DNA from: a virus | Taxonomy: Duplodnaviria; Caudoviricetes | Length of the DNA stretch: 64,000 nucleotides | IMG/VR virus record: IMGVR_UViG_3300043754_000129 | Coordinates: 160,001 to 224,000 of that record | Direction: 5' to 3' (one strand) | Shown: piece by piece, positions 58,644 through 64,000 of the stretch | Position numbering within the stretch: the stretch's first letter is position 1 | Layout: every line of letters starts with the position of its first letter | The notes under the pieces: model-generated | Databases searched by the model: none | The model's input: the letters and a program-made list of their open reading frames with translations, nothing else | What the model was told of the DNA's origin: nothing | Made by a program: the position numbers and the translations under genes

Positions 58644-58767
58644 GTTGTTGGTTCTCCAAAAGGTTATACAACACACAATAGAAATCAACAAGAAAAAAAG
58701 ACAGCAAAAAAAGAGGGACCCGAAGGTCCCCCATAAAAGAGTGCGTTCGGCACTCGGAGCAATTCGT

Positions 58768-58995
58768 TCACATGTCCCAGTCCCAAGTCGGCCGAGCAGA
58801 CTGCTCAGCCGCATAGAGGTCCCGGGCACGCTGGGAGATCTGAACAATCGACGAAGGCACGACAGGCGTGGGGACCGGCGCAGCGTTAGGCTTGTAAGGC
58901 CTGCTCTGCCGCTCACGTCTGTCGCGTTCTTGGGCTTCTCGCATAAGCTCCGAGAAGGGTACGAATCCAGTAACTGCATTGACTGCGTCTACCAT
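58768..58995 (-). CDS. small hypothetical protein
   Basis: GGTGAG upstream of ATG; 75 aa. Confidence 0.55.
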   Translation of the reverse strand: MVDAVNAVTGFVPFSELMREAQERDRRERQSRPYKPNAAPVPTPVVPSSIVQISQRARDLYAAEQSARPTWDWDM

Positions 58996-59031
58996 GACTC
59001 ACCTCTGGAGGCTATGCGATGCTTGGGTTAG

Positions 59032-59301
59032 TTAGACGGGTTCCGGTTGGAGATGAAGACGGCTTTTCGCGCCGTTGGTCGTGACCTTGTTGAAGAGGCC
59101 TTCGATACAGAATTCCACAAAGCCAGGTTCAACCGTGCGCACTTCACCCGTGAGCAGGTTGACGTAGGCGCACGTCTTGTGGCAGGGTGCGACTTCCTTC
59201 GGTGCCGTCGAAGCGACGTCAGCGAAGTGCAGCTTCAAGATGACGCCGATGAAGACTGCGAGCAGCAGGACAGCGAAGATTGCGTGGGCGTAGTGATGCA
59301 T
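59032..59301 (-). CDS. small N-terminal-TM protein
   Basis: AGGAG RBS; AIFAVLLLAVFIGVIL. Confidence 0.65.
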   Translation of the reverse strand: MHHYAHAIFAVLLLAVFIGVILKLHFADVASTAPKEVAPCHKTCAYVNLLTGEVRTVEPGFVEFCIEGLFNKVTTNGAKSRLHLQPEPV

Positions 59302-59318
59302 GTTCTTTCTCCTGACAG

Positions 59319-59678
59319 TTAAGCGAAGATGCTCAGGTCCTGGGCGCTCTTGAGGATCTTGCGATCCTTCGAGACCTTGGCCATGAGGCGCATTTGATGG
59401 GCGAACTGAATCGACGAGACGATCAGCGTGAAGACCGCAGCCACGTTCCAGCCGAGCAGCAGCGGGATGTAGCAGCTGATCAGGATGATACTCACACCGA
59501 AGAAGCCGTGCATGACGCGACCGTACTTCAGGTACTGGTTCGCTGCGTTGTAGAGCTGCACGTCGCGGATGATCTTCGCGTAGCTACCCTTACCGAACAC
59601 GCCGTAGAGCGTAGCCGAGGAAAGGACCAGTGCACCGAAGACGATGAAGCTGACGTAGATCGATTGAGCCAGGGACAT
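59319..59678 (-). CDS. three-TM membrane protein
   Basis: GGAG RBS; three hydrophobic segments. Confidence 0.7.
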   Translation of the reverse strand: MSLAQSIYVSFIVFGALVLSSATLYGVFGKGSYAKIIRDVQLYNAANQYLKYGRVMHGFFGVSIILISCYIPLLLGWNVAAVFTLIVSSIQFAHQMRLMAKVSKDRKILKSAQDLSIFA

Positions 59679-59777
59679 GATAACTCCAGATAGGAAATGG
59701 GTAAAGCCCCGCCAGACGTTAGCCCGGCGGGGTACTACAGTGCCACTCCCACTATTGCGTGGGAGGTAGCGGGTGGC

Positions 59778-60035
59778 TTAGTAGCCTTCGCACAGACCCG
59801 GCTGATTATGCCAGGGCGCTTCTGCACGAATGCCGTCCGACGAGAGGCTGAAGAACGCGAGTGCGTCATCGATGCGTTCGCTCAAATCGTTCAGGCGGCG
59901 AATTGCACCGGCGTACTCGTGTTGCATCTCGTCAGCCATGACTTCCGCGATTTCATGCGGCACTGCGTGGTCATGGGCCAGGGCGATGCGGACTGCCAGG
60001 GGCAGGGTACGACGGGCTTGCTTGTTCTTGCTCAT
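59778..60035 (-). CDS. small hypothetical protein
   Basis: TAATG coupling with the upstream ORF. Confidence 0.6.
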   Translation of the reverse strand: MSKNKQARRTLPLAVRIALAHDHAVPHEIAEVMADEMQHEYAGAIRRLNDLSERIDDALAFFSLSSDGIRAEAPWHNQPGLCEGY

Positions 60036-60226
60036 TACTGTTTGCTCCAACTTGGTTTAGAATTATCCGCTGCCTTGCTGAACAGCGTGGTACTACTGTA
60101 CTGCAACTGCTTTTTCTTGTCAAGCGTTTTTATTGCTTCACGACGTTCGACTTCAATGAAGCCATATCCAATCGCGATGCCGGCCGTCACTACTGCTACT
60201 CCAATCTTCACATGACGGCTGTTCAT
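60035..60226 (-). CDS. small single-TM protein
   Basis: GAGGAG RBS; IGVAVVTAGIAIGYGF. Confidence 0.6.
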   Translation of the reverse strand: MNSRHVKIGVAVVTAGIAIGYGFIEVERREAIKTLDKKKQLQYSSTTLFSKAADNSKPSWSKQ

Positions 60227-60236
60227 GCCTGTCTCC

Positions 60237-60554
60237 TCAGAGCGTCTCGATGACTTCCGCGCGCCGGTAGTATTCACTCACGCGCTTCAGTCCACCGATG
60301 AGTTCATCGGGAATCGGGGCGTATGCGATTTCCATGGCTCGGGCGAACTTCTCAGTGCCCGAGTGTTTTTCTATTGCGTCGTTCAGATAAACCAGGGCTT
60401 CATCAGCCAGGTCCATCGCTGCAACTTCTTTATCAGCCAGTTGAGCGCGGCCCTCCAAGTCGTCCTCTTGCAACGGCTTGAGCATCAACTCCACATCTTG
60501 CAGCAGCGCCTTCGTGCTGAAGAAGATGTTCAGTTCATGGGTACTAACGGACAT
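60237..60554 (-). CDS. small hypothetical protein
   Basis: AAGGAG RBS before MSVSTHE. Confidence 0.65.
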   Translation of the reverse strand: MSVSTHELNIFFSTKALLQDVELMLKPLQEDDLEGRAQLADKEVAAMDLADEALVYLNDAIEKHSGTEKFARAMEIAYAPIPDELIGGLKRVSEYYRRAEVIETL

Positions 60555-60750
60555 GATGGCGCTCCTTTGATGTACGGGATTGTGACAATTGCTGTATTGC
60601 TTGCTGGACTTTTTCATGGTCCACGCGTTTAGGCAACTTCAGCCGAATGACGCTTGCGACCATGAAGAAAACCAGCAGTCCTGCCAGGGTGAGGACTTCG
60701 TACTGATAGTAGAGTGCCTCAAAGCTCCACCATTGTTGAAGCGCAGCCAT
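60544..60750 (-). CDS. small single-TM protein
   Basis: TAATG coupling; VLTLAGLLVFFMVASVI. Confidence 0.55.
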   Translation of the reverse strand: MAALQQWWSFEALYYQYEVLTLAGLLVFFMVASVIRLKLPKRVDHEKVQQAIQQLSQSRTSKERHHVR

Positions 60751-60887
60751 TAGTTGCGCTTCTTTTGCCACGTGCTGTAGCCTTTGTAGCAGGTCTTCTT
60801 GGCATGGGCGCCGGTCAACGAGATGGCGACGACGGCGATGACGGCACCCATGATGTCCCAAGCGATGCAGTGGAGCGTGTGCAGCAT
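60750..60887 (-). CDS. 45-aa single-TM peptide (not in ORF track)
   Basis: AAAGGAAACATCATG start; MLHTLHCIAWDIMGAVIAVVAISLTGAHAKKTCYKGYSTWQKKRN. Confidence 0.55.
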   Translation of the reverse strand: MLHTLHCIAWDIMGAVIAVVAISLTGAHAKKTCYKGYSTWQKKRN

Positions 60888-60905
60888 GATGTTTCCTTTA
60901 CGAAA
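60885..60905 (-). repeat. 21-nt exact repeat of a translation-initiation region, copy 1
   Basis: TTTCGTAAAGGAAACATCATG is identical at 62088..62108. Confidence 0.85.
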
Positions 60906-61044
60906 TGACTTGCGGTTGGAGGATGTCTTGCGGGCGATCGGGCGTGCCGGGCTGAGCGGGCTTTTCTTCCTTTTGCTCAGCGTGCACTTGCTTGACGATC
61001 GTGTTCACCTTGCGGTGAGCGAACAGCGTAAAGATCAGACTCAT
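60898..61044 (-). CDS. 48-aa hypothetical peptide (not in ORF track)
   Basis: ATGA overlap with the upstream stop; MSLIFTLFAHRKVNTIVKQV...; fills the gap exactly. Confidence 0.45.
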   Translation of the reverse strand: MSLIFTLFAHRKVNTIVKQVHAEQKEEKPAQPGTPDRPQDILQPQVIS

Positions 61045-61229
61045 ACGGGCCTCTGGATATGGTTGACGGCGTCGAGCGTAGCTTTGAGCTCGCGTTCGCC
61101 TTTCAGGTTGAAGTGGATGACGACGCCCACGAGGAGAATCATCAGACCGATTACGAGTTCCGCCGGCGACACGGCTTGAGCTTTAGCGTCACCGAGGAAC
61201 CACATGCAGAACATCGTGAAAAAGTCCAC
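61041..61229 (-). CDS. small TM protein
   Basis: AAGGAG RBS and GTG start; LVIGLMILLVGVVIHF. Confidence 0.6.
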   Translation of the reverse strand: MDFFTMFCMWFLGDAKAQAVSPAELVIGLMILLVGVVIHFNLKGERELKATLDAVNHIQRPV

Positions 61230-61240
61230 AGCGGACTCCT

Positions 61241-61573
61241 TTAGTGGGTGTACTTCTTTTTGGCGTTATGGATCTGGAAGATCCGCTTGCGCAACTCGAT
61301 GATGAGGTTCTCGACCGAGCTCGTCGGTGCGATGCGCTCATAAGCGATGTTGCGTACACGATTGTGATACGGCGTGCCGTACGATTCGTCGACCTTGCGA
61401 TCGATGTACTGAAGCAGGGCACGGGTGACTTTGCTGCGGAAAATCAGGCGCTGCTCTTCGTCGCTCGGGCGCAGCTCACGCTGCTGAATACGAGTGACGT
61501 GGTCGAACAACGAGATGAGCGGATTAACGCTCGTCAGCTTGAAAGCTGCGGGTGAGACTTGTTGCGTTTGCAT
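61241..61573 (-). CDS. hypothetical protein
   Basis: 110 aa; GAGAG upstream of ATG. Confidence 0.6.
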   Translation of the reverse strand: MQTQQVSPAAFKLTSVNPLISLFDHVTRIQQRELRPSDEEQRLIFRSKVTRALLQYIDRKVDESYGTPYHNRVRNIAYERIAPTSSVENLIIELRKRIFQIHNAKKKYTH

Positions 61574-61641
61574 GGTAGTGCTCTCGATGTGACAGGGTTT
61601 GACTGGGGCCCCACGTCAGAGCCCCCGCCGATTGTCCCGCT

Positions 61642-61788
61642 TTACTTCGCGGGGGTTTCTTCCGGCTTCTCGAACTTCTTCAGGCCGATTTCCGCGGCGT
61701 CGATCAGGCGAGCGGCGAGGTAGGTGCCACCGATGAGTGCCGATGCCACTGCTGCGCCAACGCCGAAGCTCTTGAGGATGTCTTTCAT
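61642..61788 (-). CDS. 48-aa single-TM peptide (not in ORF track)
   Basis: AGGAG RBS; MKDILKSFGVGAAVASALIGGTYLAARLIDAAEIGLKKFEKPEETPAK. Confidence 0.65.
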   Translation of the reverse strand: MKDILKSFGVGAAVASALIGGTYLAARLIDAAEIGLKKFEKPEETPAK

Positions 61789-61865
61789 GGTGCTACTCCT
61801 AAAACGATTGAAGGGATGTGGGTTTGTAAAGCGGTGCTTCTACTTCTCGAAGGGATAGGTGTTGC

Positions 61866-62090
61866 TTACAGCGGGGCTGCGGGCAGCGGACCGCCGTGCG
61901 AAGCCGAGGACGACTTGTTCATGTCGTCGAGCGTCGAGCGACCCGAGGTGCGGATCTCGACTTCCAGCGGGTTGTTCTGCATCGGGAACTTCTTCTCGAT
62001 GATCTTGACGACCTTGCAGGCACCGTAGGTACCGACGGCGAAGCCCATTGCGTAGGCACCGATGCAAGCGATTTGTTTGATGATGCTCAT
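61866..62090 (-). CDS. small single-TM protein
   Basis: AAAGGAAACATCATG start; IACIGAYAMGFAVGTYGAC. Confidence 0.65.
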   Translation of the reverse strand: MSIIKQIACIGAYAMGFAVGTYGACKVVKIIEKKFPMQNNPLEVEIRTSGRSTLDDMNKSSSASHGGPLPAAPL

Positions 62091-62108
62091 GATGTTTCCT
62101 TTACGAAA
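62088..62108 (-). repeat. 21-nt exact repeat of a translation-initiation region, copy 2
   Basis: Identical to 60885..60905. Confidence 0.85.
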
Positions 62109-62156
62109 GTTGAGAGAGGGAATGCGTGAGGGTACTGCGGGAGAAAAGCGGTTGTG

Positions 62157-62375
62157 TTACGCGGCAGCCGGAGTGCTGGTGCCGTGCTCGATCGTGCGGC
62201 TGCCTTCGCGGCGCGCTTGTTCGAGCTGTTCTTCCATGGCCTTCTCGCGAGCGAACTCGCGCTTAGCCTGTGCATAGCCAATGAACTCAATGGCCCTGAA
62301 GCCTGCGTACAGGCCAAGGATGACGCCACAGGTAGCGCCTAAGCCAAAGATGAAACCTTTGAATCCGTCGCCCAT
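62157..62375 (-). CDS. small single-TM protein
   Basis: GGAG RBS; GFIFGLGATCGVILGLYAGF then a charged helix. Confidence 0.65.
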   Translation of the reverse strand: MGDGFKGFIFGLGATCGVILGLYAGFRAIEFIGYAQAKREFAREKAMEEQLEQARREGSRTIEHGTSTPAAA

Positions 62376-62449
62376 GATCATCTCCATTGAGTTAAGTGGC
62401 GGCATAAAGCCCGGGACCGAAGCCCCGGGCGCTTGTACTACTTGACTGC

Positions 62450-62851
62450 TTAGGCAGCCTTAGCCGTTTCCGGCGTGGCGACCTTCGCGGCCTTCATCTT
62501 GCTTTCGGCTGCGGTCAGCAGTTCGCGGGCCTTGTCCACCATCTGCTCGGTGGTCAGTTCCGGTTCTGCGTTGGCGGCCGGCGCCGGAGCCGGCGTAGCT
62601 GCCGGCTTGTCGTCCGACTTCATGTAGCGGTAGACGCCGTAGCCCACAGCGGCAGCTGCTGCTGCCACGAGGCCGCCGATGACGAACTTGTTGCTCAGCG
62701 TGTCGAGCACCTTGTCGCCCAGCGACTTCGTTGCTTCGCCGTCCGTGACCGTGTCGACGATGTTGTCGGCGTTCTCGATGACGGTGTCAGCGACTTGTTC
62801 GCCGAGTTCAGCAGCACGGGTAGCGACGAGGCGGAGGTTGATTGCGTTCAT
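62450..62851 (-). CDS. single-TM protein, Ala-rich
   Basis: AAGGAG RBS; FVIGGLVAAAAAAVGYGVY; first gene behind the AT-rich promoter region. Confidence 0.75.
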   Translation of the reverse strand: MNAINLRLVATRAAELGEQVADTVIENADNIVDTVTDGEATKSLGDKVLDTLSNKFVIGGLVAAAAAAVGYGVYRYMKSDDKPAATPAPAPAANAEPELTTEQMVDKARELLTAAESKMKAAKVATPETAKAA

Positions 62852-62920
62852 GGTGAAGCTCCTTTTCAGGTTGGTTTAGGATAGATCGACGAACATTCTT
62901 GTGGTATTCGTCAGGCGCGG

Positions 62921-62940
62921 GATATATATCTGAAAAAAAA
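62921..62940 (-). promoter_or_regulatory. putative early promoter (TTTTCAGATATATATC)
   Basis: AT-rich element resembling the GATATATTAC at 33101, upstream of the small-gene array. Confidence 0.45.
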
Positions 62941-63017
62941 TAGAATCGTTATTTTCAGCTTAAATACAAGTATTTAGGTAGACGGCATAAAGGCCGGAGG
63001 GTGTCCTCCGGCTTTCT

Positions 63018-63545
63018 TTATGCAATCCATTGCCAATCTGGGTAGTTCGGACTACGACAACGACAGTAGATGGTGGAATAACTTAGTCCAAGGATCTGAA
63101 CCGCTTCCCAGACGCCAGCGTATTCGATGCCGTCCGCAATTAGACGACGCGCTTTAGCTTTATGCGTCTCGACCTTCTTCTCTATCGCTTCCTTCGTCAT
63201 GGGTCCAAACTTCAAACCCTTCGTCGGAAGGCGAACGTCATCCCCGCCTTGATTGAAGACGTTATCTCCTCGCTCCCGACACCAGTTAATGAACTCGGCT
63301 TCCTTCTGAAACAGAAGATGAGCATCAGTGGCATAGATCTTGAAGGAAATCCGTGGATCCTTGTTGTAGGCTTCTTGCAAAGGCGCGCAGTGATGCTGCC
63401 CTAACTTCAGCTTACTGCGATTCACGTTCTGACGCTGATACATGTCAGTACTGCTACCGATGTAGACACCGTCGGCGTGCTGGAGGATATAGACAGCACA
63501 GATCTTTATCCTCTTCGAAGTGAGTTTCTCTACATAGTCTTCCAT
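63018..63545 (-). CDS. free-standing GIY-YIG (Seg-like) homing endonuclease
   Basis: AVYIL..VYIGSS..YQR, LQEAYNK, conserved E..FIN, C-terminal NUMOD-like IEYAGVWEAVQILGLSYSTI; lower GC. Confidence 0.8.
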   Translation of the reverse strand: MEDYVEKLTSKRIKICAVYILQHADGVYIGSSTDMYQRQNVNRSKLKLGQHHCAPLQEAYNKDPRISFKIYATDAHLLFQKEAEFINWCRERGDNVFNQGGDDVRLPTKGLKFGPMTKEAIEKKVETHKAKARRLIADGIEYAGVWEAVQILGLSYSTIYCRCRSPNYPDWQWIA

Positions 63546-63587
63546 GTTGCTAAAGGCATAGAGCCAGGGACAAAGCCCTGGCTCAGG

Positions 63588-63962
63588 TCAATCGCTTTGT
63601 TGCATCCAGTTCTGGATACGTTCTTGGTACTTCTTCAACAGCTCTTCATACCCCGGCAAATTGCGGTCGAACACTACGTAATACCCGTCCTGAGCCTGCC
63701 CCATGTCCTTATGCGTCGCCAGATCCAAACAGTGGTTATTGCGACACAGCACTACACTACCACCATCGGCGGTGGCATCTTTCACAATTGCATCAATGGT
63801 GTCACGCGGGCCAACATTGCCAGTGTGACGGATGAGGGGGTTGGGGAAATACGCCAGATCGGTAATGGACGGTACTTCGTTTGTGCTCGGCCAGTTACCA
63901 TATACAAGCGTGCTCATGCAGAGTGCGACAAAGACGCCGCAAGCTGCGCGGACAGGTTTCAT
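63588..63962 (-). CDS. hypothetical secreted/membrane-anchored protein
   Basis: N-terminal hydrophobic signal-like segment. Confidence 0.6.
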   Translation of the reverse strand: MKPVRAACGVFVALCMSTLVYGNWPSTNEVPSITDLAYFPNPLIRHTGNVGPRDTIDAIVKDATADGGSVVLCRNNHCLDLATHKDMGQAQDGYYVVFDRNLPGYEELLKKYQERIQNWMQQSD

Positions 63963-64000
63963 ACTTGCCTCAACGAGTGTTGGGAGGGTTAAGGGGGTTT

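Noticed and set aside
58768-58995. FlgM-like motif (IVQISQRARDL) in a small ORF
   Set aside because: Too short to support homology and lacks the FlgM C-terminal sigma-binding helix.
1-64000. tRNA, rRNA, CRISPR arrays, integrase or transposase
   Set aside because: None recognised in the intergenic regions or ORFs by inspection; tRNAscan-SE would confirm.

Overview
This window is a 64-kb segment of a phiKZ-related (nucleus-forming, Chimalliviridae-type) jumbo phage genome with strong GC3 codon bias. No host genes, tRNAs, rRNAs or CRISPR arrays were recognised. From left to right it contains: an SbcC/Rad50-like ATPase divergent from a spike-like gene; four paralogous tail-fibre-like genes built from HxxNxxNPHxxTxxQxG repeats, one ending in a SPRY-like domain and one in a Hint domain; a CYTH-like enzyme, spanins and RuvC; the core block of portal, nvRNAP beta N-half, major capsid protein and DnaB-like helicase; a cluster of internal-head-type proteins rich in A/S-x-E protease motifs, one carrying a SMI1/KNR4 domain; an accessory region with Nudix, ART-like, HD-like and three tandem 2OG-Fe(II) oxygenase genes; a ~550-nt ORF-less, highly structured putative ncRNA; an array of small single-TM proteins; and a GIY-YIG endonuclease. 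All product calls come from motifs recognised by eye and from synteny with phiKZ. No database search or RNA folding program was run. The strongest novelty candidates are the large pseudoknotted RNA with its downstream oxygenase operon, the protease-releasable SUKH domain on a head protein, and the Hint-tipped tail fibre.
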